Source of the DNA: Octopus bimaculoides
Taxonomy: Eukaryota
Length of the DNA: 64,000 bases
NCBI RefSeq assembly: GCF_001194135.2
Contig: NC_068981.1
Coordinates: forward strand, 137,338,230 to 137,402,229
Reading direction: 5' to 3'
The translations under genes were made by a program, and so were the position numbers. Of this stretch, positions 37,462 through 48,885 are shown in pieces. Position 1 is the stretch's first letter. Each line of letters opens with the position of its first letter. The notes beneath the pieces are model-generated. The model was not told where the DNA came from and made no database searches. It was given only the letters and a program-made list of their open reading frames with translations.

Positions 37462-39102
37462 CTATTTTATGATATTGCCTATGAAAGCCGTACATAGAGG
37501 GGACAGCACAAGGTGGGGACAGCACAAGGTGGGGACAAAAAAAAAAGAAAACGAATAGAAAGGATAGATTAAATATAATGAAAGATGAAATGAAGCCGTT
37601 CGGCCCCACCTCAGAGCGACTTCAATGAACCTGTTAATACTACGTTTTTTTTTTTTTTAACCTAGTTTATAACACAATTATTAGCGACAGCCAATCATCA
37701 TTCCTCCGAAGGATGTTTACATTGTGCTTCTTTAAAATATCACAAACACTTGCTTGCTGAGGCATTGAGCTGGTGTCCAATTTCTTGATCCAGCACGCAC
37801 AGTCATGGTTTTCCTCAAAGTCCTTTAATCTTGATATATATTCCGGGTCTGCTACTACACAGAAGGTACTCGAGTATCCCTTTCACGCTTGATACATCCA
37901 CTTTTATAACACTGTCCCACGAGTCTATTTCGTTATACAATTCTTCATTGTCTCCACTGTACGTTATAACATAATTTTCCAAGGACGAGGGTGGGGAAAT
38001 TTGGGCTCCTGTGTGTTTGTGCTTGTGTTTATGTCAGGTAGGGCATGGAGAGGGCTGGTGTCTGTAGGGAGTGGCTGGTGTCTGTAGGGAGTGGCTGGGG
38101 TAGAGTGGATGTGGGATGGAGTCGTCCTTTACAGCATGTACCTTTTTTTCTCTTTCTTCTCTTTTTCCCAGCTGTTTCCCATTCATTATCCATCTCTTCT
38201 TCGATGCTAAACTGGTTTTTATCTGTATTGCCGCTTCACTCCTTTTCCTCAACCTCCAAGGGTAGTGGAGCACCAGCTACTTTCTCCTTCTCTTGTCTCT
38301 TTTTAGCCTTCAGGACAATTCGCTCTATTGTGGCCTTTTAGGCCACATTTATAGCACCGCGGTATCCTCCCTTCCACTCTGAATTTCACTGTTGCGTCTC
38401 CAACAGTGATTGTCTCTACCATATTTTCGATATCTTCCACGGCAACCTGTACCACCATATCGAGGCTTTGTCCTTGCCAGTTCCTGTGGCTTGTTCTGAA
38501 GGACCACCACCTTCTTCTCCATGCCTAGCAATATGGCAACTACCAGCCAGGCTACATCCACTTCTGGGGGTATGTTTTCTACCCTAACTCTGGAAGCACG
38601 TCTCTTAAGGTATACAGGTAGGAGCACCACTTCTTCGGTTTTTAGCGGTGTAACTGAGTGCAGCCTGGCAGTAGCTACCTCCCGAAACCGCACGACCACT
38701 GTCCCAATTTTTTTTTCTCTAGCTTCTACCGAGTATGTTCTGTAATTATGGTTTTCTCATTTTTCTCTTCGTTCCCCTCCCTTTTAATCATTTCCTTGAA
38801 TTTTCTTATATCCTCCAGCTTTACGTCTTCGCTTCTTTCCTTCGTCACCTCTGCATAATTTTTCGTCGCCATCACTTCATCTATCCTCTTCAAACACTCC
38901 ACCATTTCTTCCTCAGACGACACAAAGTCTGAAGAAGGATAATTCACAAAGTCTGAAGAAGAGTAATTCAAACTTTCGCAGCTCCTCACCCGACGTCCCT
39001 CCATTAAACAAGAGGGAAAACGTCGCACCACTAAGACGGCAAAAAAAAAAAAGCACGTTTGTTACTCACAAAACCAACAATTCAACTAGCAAACGCTATA
39101 CC
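37462..39102 (-). mobile_element. ORF1-only non-LTR retroelement (HAL1-like architecture)
   Basis: 5' UTR, decayed ORF1, then about 140 nt of UTR ending GTCCCCTCTATGT..GGCAATATCATAAAATAG; no EN/RT between ORF1 and the tail. Confidence 0.75.
37600..39031 (-). pseudogene. Gag-like ORF1 (Tx1/L1-type) with CCHC zinc knuckle
   Basis: RVRVENIPPEVDVAWLVVAIL; FRVEGRIPRCYKCGLKGHNRANCPEG (C-x2-C-x4-H-x4-C, about 38315-38356); EWETAGKKRRKRKK basic patch; C-terminal domain ending ALRWGR. Several stops and frameshifts. Confidence 0.8.
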
Positions 39103-39116
39103 GGAAGCAAGCTTCT

Positions 39117-40151
39117 TTATTTCATTAATATTTGCTATACAAGCATTACAAAGAGGGGAGAAACAAGGACAGACAAACGTAAAATGGTGAAGAAGCTGCT
39201 ACAATTTAAAAGGTCTTTTTTTTTAATGATAAATTACGATTAAAAATTACGATTAAAATTACTGTAAAAATTTAAAAGTTCGATGATATCACATTGCCAC
39301 TTGCAATGTATCTCCTGAAGGAAAGGCACCCGACCACCAGGGTAGAACCTTTGCTTCTTTTCGGGGCTCCACTTACTTGGTGCCAATCGCTCCCAGCTTT
39401 CTTACCACAAACTTCCATCTTCTCTCGAATCCTTCTCGTGACAGGTACCTCTTATCCAGCCTGATCTTACTACTGAGGTGGTAATTAAAAAAGTTAACCA
39501 ACCCCTGGCCAGATACAAAGGTATCCGTCACTATTCCTTTCACACGCGTCTTCCATACTGTTTCTTTCAGTATGGCTACTACGCAGAAAAAGCAAGCCTT
39601 CCTCTCCTTGTTGAGGGAAGGAGGCGGCACAATCTCGATGATAGAGACTCAGCCGATAGCTGTACTCTTCCCATCGATGACGACAGTTGTTCTTCGAAAG
39701 CTATCAGTCCCGTTAATTTCGGACACTCCACAAATGCGTGCAAGACGGTTTCTCTGTCCCGCCCGCACCTCGGACATGTCGGCGAGACGGCACTTCCGTG
39801 CCTTGACAGTTTATCGCGAGCAGGTAACGCCGCACGGAAGCACTGCCAAGCCAGAGACTTCTGGTAATTATCCAGATACTCCGGCCTGAAAGCTCCCCTG
39901 AACAGGTTGATCAACTGATTTTCATCGTAGCCCAGAGTCTCCCCCAAGGCGTCTTCGGACATAATCTCCACTAATCCGCTATAAAAATCCGCGGTGGAAC
40001 TCCTACTGCCGGCATTGCCCGCCTGAGAGAGCAACTGAAGTGCCAGACGGCACTCCAATTGCCAATCTCCCAGCCTAGGTCTTTGCTTGATCCATGTACC
40101 AATGGCCGTTAAGGACGTTAGCTGCGGAAGATAGAACCGGACATGCGAGGG
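39117..40151 (-). mobile_element. Tx1/L1-like LINE, 5'-truncated: ORF2 C-terminus and 3' UTR
   Basis: KSLAWQCFRAALP.RDKL..HG..TCPRCGRDRETVLHAFVEC (zf-RVT-type CxxC..H..C); VAILKETVWKTR; FERRW..TK*; about 250-nt UTR ending AATAA. Confidence 0.85.
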
Positions 40152-43100
40152 AACTTCTATATATATTTGCCCAACTAGAAATAACAGTCAAATTTTCATC
40201 AAAACACACCCCATCGTCTTAAAAGAACACTTTAAATAACATTGTCTTGGATGTACACAGACTGGAAAAATGCGACAAAATTGTCACGGCTGAAATGATC
40301 ATATGTTTCTCTCAATAAACACCAGTAATAGCTAAGATCGTCACCATTAGTTTGTGGACAAACTACTTCGTTGCTGAGCTTCTTTTTTTTTGCCATTATT
40401 ATAAGCGTTGCGGCTTCTTTGAACAACCAAGCTTCATATCACTGACTCCACCCTATTCCATGTATTTTCTTCTTTTGCAAACTCCCACCCACCGTATCGC
40501 AACCAACAAATCTCGCACTACACATTTTGCTTAAGGTTTCCATCCTTACCGATGTGCACGTTGAATGTCCAATGCATTGATTTCATCAATCCTGGAAGAT
40601 TTGCAATGCTAAGATCATTACCCTTCGTTTAAACAATATCCATTGTATCCTGGATTATATACTTTTATATATACACACGTGCGCGTGTGCACACATACAC
40701 TTAATAAACTGCACAAACGTTAGGTAAAGCCGGCGAGCTAACAGAATAGCTAGAACATCGGGAAAATGTCTTGCACTATTAGTTCAGGCCCTTTACATTT
40801 TCAGTTCAGTTAGTTCAGATCTCAGCGACCAACTTTGCCTTTCATCCTTTTGGGGTCGATAAAATAAAGCGTCAATCAATTCAAGAACTGGAGTCGATGG
40901 CATCGACTAATACCCTCCCCTCAAAATCGTTGGCTTCGTGCCTAATTCAGGTAAGTATTATTATATATATAAAAACCAAGTTGACTGATGTAGTCAGCAT
41001 TGTTCATGTAACGTTTCATTTATCTATCTTACTGTGACATAATCAATTGACCTCTTTTTGCTGGCCTTAAACTTCACTGTATTTCAGCATTTTTATTTTC
41101 AAATGTTATATGTTAAGAAGATTAAGCTGGAGTGATTTTCGCGATAAGAAATAAATGTCTTTTGCTTTTGATTGCAAAGTGCTTTTGTTATAAGTTATGG
41201 AAAAGTTTTCTAAAGTGGGAAGGAAAAGACTAAGCAAAATTTAAGAATAGCTAGTTGCAGGTTTTTCTTCCTTTTGATTTTCAAACACGATTTCATAATA
41301 ATCGATATTTCAGAATTTGAAGTTTTGCAATTGAAAGAAGGAAAAATATTCACTTGTATGCGCAGTTTTTCACAATGCAGCGATTGCATCCAATAAAATG
41401 TTCCTAACTGCTATTGTAGAATAGTAAGACTTAAAATGATCCGTGCCATGGAGTAATTAATTACAACATTTTATTATTAATATTAAATATTTTTTCAATA
41501 TATTTTATTCATTAAAATGTTATTGCTCAGTGTTAAATTATTTACAAAACCAACACAATGATTTACTGATTTTGTTTGGCTAAAATCACCTACTAAATTA
41601 TCACCATTTTAGTATAATGTTTTAAAAATATAGTATGAATAATCACAGCGTGGATTTCAAAGTATATTATTAAGGAATGGTTGTGTGGTTAAGATGTTTG
41701 TGCGTAGCACGTTAGGCAAGTGTCTTCTCCTATAGCCTCTAGGCAGATCAAGACACTGAGGGAATTTAGTACGGAAACTTCACAGAAGCTACCTATCTAT
41801 CTGTATAGGCATACAGATGGATAGGTGGTTTGTCTGTCTGTGCTTGTGCTTCTGTTTGTCGTTGTTTCTTGACAACCTGTGTTTGTTTATTTGAATATTT
41901 GTGCGTTAGCAGTGCGGCAAAAATAAAAATAAAAGATTGTTAATATAAGTAGTACCAGACTTTAAAATAAGTAATGGGTTCTTTGAAAGTATCATACAAT
42001 TGCCGCAAGGTTTTTGCTGGTTTTCCGCACTTGAAAAAACAGAACAATCAAGTATGAATTTCTTTTATTAAATGTACTTATACGACATCTAGTAGTTCAG
42101 CCATCGGCTTGAGTTATTTTTCTTTTTGAGATTCACTTACAAAACTAGAATTTACGTCTGCTGCTGAGATATTTCTGTGGGCTTTTTTAACACTATATAT
42201 CCAAAAGCGATACTTTCTCCAGATGAATACTGCAGTTTAGAAGGCTTTCAACAGTATGCACGCTTTAAGTATGATATACAGATCGTTAGGATTTTGTTTT
42301 GCAAAAAATATATCACCATTTGAGATGGTTAATTTGCCTAGTTACTATGAATAATTTACACTACAAGTCTAAAATAGTATTATACACATTATAAGTGAAG
42401 TCGTAACGAGTTTACTACATAGTAAAACTCGCTCCTCTCAACCTTATGTCTAAATATTTCTCTCTAATCTGTATTATGGGCTCCTATAATCTGTCTAATC
42501 TATTTGTTTTATCTGTCAGTTTAATCGGTTTGTTTTTAATATCCTTCACATATCTTAACTATAAATGTTTGACCGTTAAGTGCAATCTGCTTAAGTCGTC
42601 TGTTAGACTTGTCAATTTTAATGGTTTTTTAAATACTACTTATCTATCTGAAAAGGCTATTAATTACAGACAGCCATAAGACACACGAAGAAAGCACGAA
42701 CATCGCAGTCGACCTTCCTATCTGAATCTTAGCTACGATTACCATTTTTTAATGTTTTGCTTTGTTTTTTCGTTTTTATAAGATACGTTTTAGTCAGGAG
42801 GGCAGTGATTCGTTGCAGGGACTCAAACAGGGACACGTGGGAGGGAGAAAACAAGATTTCCTCTAGCAAGAGGCCTGACCTGAATGCTTACAACAGACTG
42901 GACTCCGCTAAAGATATCCAAGGTATCAGCGGGGTGTGTTTAACCACGATGCAATTTGAAATCAGAGCACAAAGTGCCGAACAAATATCGCAAGATATCC
43001 TGTCCAAACTTTTTACACTTCTACGAATGCACCATCATGAAATGATACATTTTAAAATCAAGCTGGAACGTCAAAGTAGCCAAAGAATTTAATTATTTGG

Positions 43101-43301
43101 TAAATATGGGCGGAAATACTGGGTGCATGTATGGCTGTGTGGTCAAGCTTGGTTTGCAATCATGGATTCGGGTTCAGTCTCATTGCATGGCTCCTTGGGC
43201 AAGGGTCTTCTATTATAGTCCGGCGTCGTCCAATCTTTTCTGAGAGAATTTATTTGACGGAAACTGTGTGGAAGCCCATGGCATATATATATGTATATAT
43301 A

Positions 43302-43340
<39 letters not shown>

Positions 43341-43504
43341 TCTTTTACTTGTTTCACTTTCCGTCTACCAAATCCACTGACAAGGCTTTGGTCGACCCGA
43401 GGCTATAGTAGAAGGTGCCACGCAGTGGGACTGAACCCGGAACCATGTGGTTTGTAAGCAAGCTACTTACCACACAGCCACTCCTACGCCTATGTATATA
43501 TATG

Positions 43505-43555
<51 letters not shown>

Positions 43556-43607
43556 GTATGTATATATATATATAGATATACATATACATATATATATATA
43601 TAGATAG

Positions 43608-43645
<38 letters not shown>

Positions 43646-43650
43646 ATATA

Positions 43651-44260
43651 TCAGGTCATCCCATAAGTTCTGTCCGATTTTGCCTTTTTTAAAATTGAAT
43701 GAAATTTAATAGTATTTTAGAATGTCTAATGGAATTAAAAATTATTTTTATGCATTTGTGTACATTTAAACTAATTAAATACTATTTTACAGAATAATAG
43801 AATAAAAATTTCTTTGATTAAAACCCTTTCAAACATGGGAGTATCCAAAGAGCATTTAAGGCACATAATGCTTTATGAGTACAAAAAAGGAAACTCTGCA
43901 GCCGAAGCGACTCGAAACATACACTCAGTTTATGGGAAAGAATGCTTGAATGAAAGAACTTGCAGAAGGTGGTTTGCAAAATTCAGAAGTGGAGATTTCA
44001 GCCTTGAAGATGAAGATCGAACAGGACGTCCAGTTGAGTTTGATGATAACCTCCTTGAAGCATTACTTGAAGAAAATGCTGCGTTATCAGTTGAAGAATT
44101 GGCAATAAAGCTTAGTTCAAACATTACAACTGCTCATCGTCATCTTCAACAAATTGGAAAGATTCCTAAACTTGGAAAATGGGTGCCTCATTAATTGTCC
44201 GAAAGCAACCGCAAAACCCGAGTTGACATCTGCTCTTCTCTCCATTCTCACAAACTCTTT
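43651..44260 (+). mobile_element. mariner transposon 5' half
   Basis: Left TIR after TA (TCAGGTCATCCCATAAGTTCTGTCCG); see the transposase entry. Confidence 0.85.
43835..44255 (+). pseudogene. mariner transposase N-terminal HTH (Mos1/SETMAR-type), truncated
   Basis: HLRHIMLYEYKKGNSAAEATRNI..RTCRRWFAKFRSGDFSLEDEDRTGRP..KLGKWVPH*L; no catalytic domain. Confidence 0.9.
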
Positions 44261-44477
44261 TCCCATGGCCACTCCCGAGACCTGGTAAAAATCACCCAAG
44301 AACAAGAAGCAGTTAAGTGAGAGGACAAGTTCGGCCAGACGAAGGAGTGTGGATGTGTCAGGCTGGAGGTTAAAGTCAAGAAAATGATGGAGTGCACGCA
44401 GCTCCTTGTGGTGTGGGATCACCGTGTATAGGCTTTTTATGTCAAGAGTGAAGAGGAGTGTAGAGGGGCCAGGAGAT
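44261..44477 (-). pseudogene. Penelope-like reverse transcriptase fragment
   Basis: LLFTLDIKSLYTVIPH..LRLAELVLSLNCFLF..YQVSGVAMG matches the PLE RT motifs DxxSLYT and QxxGVAMG. Confidence 0.85.
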
Positions 44478-47040
44478 GTATATGTATGTGTATATATATG
44501 CATATATATGTATATATATATGTATATACATATATATATATATATATATANNNNNNNNNNNNNNNNNNNNNNNNNNNNNNNNNNNNNNNNNNNNNNNNNN
44601 NNNNNNNNNNNNNNNNNNNNNNNNNNNNNNNNNNNNNNNNNNNNNNNNNNNNNNNNNNNNNNNNNNNNNNNNNNNNNNNNNNNNNNNNNNNNNNNNNNNN
44701 NNNNNNNNNNNNNNNNNNNNNNNNNNNNNNNNNNNNNNNNNNNNNNNNNNNNNNNNNNNNNNNNNNNNNNNNNNNNNNNNNNNNNNNNNNNNNNNNNNNN
44801 NNNNNNNNNNNNNNNNNNNNNNNNNNNNNNNNNNNNNNNNNNNNNNNNNNNNNNNNNNNNNNNNNNNNNNNNNNNNNNNNNNNNNNNNNNNNNNNNNNNN
44901 NNNNNNNNNNNNNNNNNNNNNNNNNNNNNNNNNNNNNNNNNNNNNNNNNNNNNNNNNNNNNNNNNNNNNNNNNNNNNNNNNNNNNNNNNNNNNNNNNNNN
45001 NNNNNNNNNNNNNNNNNNNNNNNNNNNNNNNNNNNNNNNNNNNNNNNNNNNNNNNNNNNNNNNNNNNNNNNNNNNNNNNNNNNNNNNNNNNNNNNNNNNN
45101 NNNNNNNNNNNNNNNNNNNNNNNNNNNNNNNNNNNNNNNNNNNNNNNNNNNNNNNNNNNNNNNNNNNNNNNNNNNNNNNNNNNNNNNNNNNNNNNNNNNN
45201 NNNNNNNNNNNNNNNNNNNNNNNNNNNNNNNNNNNNNNNNNNNNNNNNNNNNATATATATATATATATAGTGTGCTTGTAATTTTTTATTTTTTATTTTG
45301 CGTTCACCAAGAAGTGAGAAACACGGAAACGCCTTCATTTATGCAGGCAATATACAAACAGCTGTAAATTTAGGCTACTTTGTTGAAAATATAACTACTT
45401 TTCAATGAAAAATACGTTAAAATAATTTGAGAAACCGAACAAATCAATATAACCGACTGACCCAATTAATATAAACTAGACCTATACATACAAAAATAAA
45501 TAATAAACATAGTTTCCATACCTCAGATTTTGTTACTATTGATTATTCAATGAATATCTGATATAAAGACTAGAAAATAGAAGATAGGTGATATTACATC
45601 TGATGTGTTTCTACGTGCACAAAATAGATGGCAAAAATCAGATAGATTCAGCATTTTTTATTCTACCAGAAATTTTGGGTTACTTATGCAAGTGTTCCAT
45701 TAACTTTATTTCTTCACAACTTTCAGAAAAATGGGTGTTTTTAAATAATATTTTGTACAAATTACCTTTCAAACGGTGTAAATTACGACTGTATCAGAAT
45801 TTAATGTGAAGGATTAGTAAAAAAAGAATACTGGTGGGTGTTCACACATATATACTGATACACGTCACATGGTTGTTTTCAAAATTTCAAGTTTCATTTT
45901 GCAGATATATATGGGATCTGTGTCAGTGTGTGTGAATCACACCCTCCAAGTATCCGTTACACCACCAAATCACACCCACCAGGTATCCTTTTCACATTAA
46001 CTTCCTATTTAATGGTAATCTCTACCATCTGAAAGGTATATGTAGAAAACTTCATTTAAAGATACCCATTTTTCTGAAAGTTGTGAGGAAACAAAGTCTA
46101 TTCGTCTAAATTTTCTGAAGCACTTGTTCGCTCCTCCAAAAGATTTTGCAGAACAGATTCCAATATTGTTGGAATCTATACCACCTGGAAGATATTTGTA
46201 GAAAATTTCATAAAAAATATCCATTTTTTTTTTGTAAATAAATATATTATCGCACTCATGTATATACATTTAAACCGAATCAAAGAAAATTAAAGGGAAG
46301 AATTTTAGAGGTAAAATTGTCAGGAGTGGAAGAGGGAGAGAAAATCTAGGAGTGGTAGTAAGGTGAATTTGTTAGAAAAGGAGAAAGAGGGGGAGGTGGG
46401 AGATACAATTTCTGGTCAGTAGGAGAATATAGTAGTTCTAGGTAAATTGGTGGTTTATCGCTTAACATTAAAATTGTACACAAGTATATTCACGCGCGCG
46501 AGTATATTTTTCCAATGCACCTGTAGTATTCTATAGGTACGCACGCGTACGCGCCACTATATTCTCATGTTCAGAGAGGGAGATGTAGGGAGTTCACAAG
46601 ATTAAAAAAATATATAATGGTAGAAAAATTTTCTGTTATACATGGAAGAGCTTCAAGTGAGGGCGGAGGAATAGCTAGGGAATAATGGGCTATTTTTTGT
46701 ACTTTGAGAATGTGTTACATAATCGGTGTTTACAATTAAAAATTAGATGGTTCCGTTCATTCAGACAGTTGGTGGATTGCATAACAGAAAAGACTTCCGT
46801 GGTGCATAGATCGTAATTGTTGTTATAACCGTTGTAGGGTTTGGCATGGGTAGCTATGGACCATTTAAAATTATGTGGGTGGTGGTGCTGCACAAGTCGA
46901 TGTATATATAATTGGAATTTTCAGTTGATACCGTGCATTTTTATACAGTACTTTTTGTGAGGCATCTATTATTTAAGGGACAGGAGGTGGGGCGTCTACA
47001 GCTGCTTAGGATTCTAGAAGGTGCTAAAGTGGAATTTGCG

Positions 47041-47092
47041 GAGTTATTATTATCTAGGGTTAACCTGGTTAACCCTAGATAATAATTAACTC
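47041..47092. repeat. 52-nt near-perfect palindrome
   Basis: TTATTATCTAGGGTTAACC-T-GGTTAACCCTAGATAATAA has 19-bp perfect arms, extending to 25 bp with one bulge. Confidence 0.95.
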
Positions 47093-47160
47093 TGGTTAAT
47101 TCATTATCCACCGCGGCGTTGCGATTGGTATTTTTTCAGAGTGGCGAGGGAGTTGTCTAG

Positions 47161-47204
<44 letters not shown>

Positions 47205-48283
47205 NNNNNNNNNNNNNNNNNNNNNNNNNNNNNNNNNNNNNNNNNNNNNNNNNNNNNNNNNNNNNNNNNNNNNNNNNNNNNNNNNNNNNNNNNNNNNNNN
47301 NNNNNNNNNNNNNNNNNNNNNNNNNNNNNNNNNNNNNNNNNNNNNNNNNNNNNNNNNNNNNNNNNNNNNNNNNNNNNNNNNNNNNNNNNNNNNNNNNNNN
47401 NNNNNNNNNNNNNNNNNNNNNNNNNNNNNNNNNNNNNNNNNNNNNNNNNNNNNNNNNNNNNNNNNNNNNNNNNNNNNNNNNNNNNNNNNNNNNNNNNNNN
47501 NNNNNNNNNNNNNNNNNNNNNNNNNNNNNNNNNNNNNNNNNNNNNNNNNNNNNNNNNNNNNNNNNNNNNNNNNNNNNNNNNNNNNNNNNNNNNNNNNNAT
47601 ATATACATACATACATACATACATACATGAAAATGGGTCATCACATGTCAAGAAGTATAAAGATAAGAAAGATTGCAAATGCCCTTTTCAGACATTACGT
47701 TATGATCCGTTAGGTCGTTATCTGTTATCTTATTCCTGCATATGCATATGCTCTCAGACTAAATTCAGATTTTAATAACTCCTCTTAAACATTATTTAAA
47801 TATATTATATTTTTATCATGGCACCACCCGTCACTCGTCCTAGATGGAAGAAGTGGCGGGTAGGTAGGTAGAGGTTGGTGGAAAATTATTCTCAAACCGG
47901 AAACTAGTCCCGAATGCTTGCAACTGAGTGAAATCTGCTAAAAGCACTCAACGATTGGTGTAAAGCCGAGTGATGAATTAAGTTTTCCGTCATAAAACCG
48001 AACAAAAGACTTATTTAGAAATACATTTTATGATCATGGACATAAAGAATTGACTGAAGATTTTTTTCATTGTTGCAAAGATGTCTAAGAGAGTTTTACT
48101 GATAAATCGTCAGAAAATCACTGATCGCTTATTCAGTCCAAGAATGAAAACCAGTATCGACTTCGGTTTGATTGAATATGGAAACGCTTGCATTATAATA
48201 ATAAAGCAATATAATAATTATGATAAGGCAATAATAAATCGATAATAAATGAAATGTAGGTTTCTAAACTTTGTATTAAACTA

Positions 48284-48885
48284 AACTACCCGTGACCCGT
48301 TTGGTCACTGACGGTTCATGTTATAAAACATTGAAGCTGATTTCAACTTTGTATTGAAATGAAAGTTAATTTTAGGATGATTCAGTTAAATATTTCAATT
48401 CGTTCGTGTCAGCATAGGTTTGGTTTACAAGTTCATGTTTAAGGTTTTACTGATTATTTACAACATCTAATGGAAATAAAACTTCCAGGATAAACCTGAA
48501 CTCCTGTAACAGCACTTATTAATGGTATATGTGCACGCTTCTACAAAAAGAGCAAAAGGAATTGTCATATAACGAAAACATACGATTAATGGAAACAATT
48601 CTCACAGTATTATATATTCCCATTTTAGGGTTATGCTACTTTCGGAGTATTTTCCCATTATGCGCCGTTTTGACTATTTATGAAGGTACCCCAAAAAAAC
48701 CGCGTATCTTGGGAATCCATCGTCCGATTTACGCAAAACTTGTTTGTATTCACATTTCAGGGATACCTTTAATTTCAAAGTATTTCCCCATTACGCGCCG
48801 GTTTGACTGTATCAAATTACAGACAAGCACGCAAGCAAGCAAGCAATGACAGATTTAGTAGTTTACAGATTATATTTTATTATGT
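48284..48885 (+). mobile_element. Possible non-autonomous Helitron/Helentron-like element
   Basis: 5' AACTACCCGTGACCCG; 3' ACAGACAAGC(ACGC/AAGC)n..GACAGATTTAG..GATTATA; internal duplicated GTATTT.CCCATTA.GCGCCG. Resemblance only. Confidence 0.35.

Noticed and set aside
42757-43092. 111-aa ORF
   Set aside because: Starts at TTG in T-rich sequence, overlaps a family E repeat fragment, and has no recognisable domain.
47625-48180. Coding-like plus-strand frames
   Set aside because: Multiple stops and no recognisable motif; cannot be distinguished from chance in AT-rich DNA.
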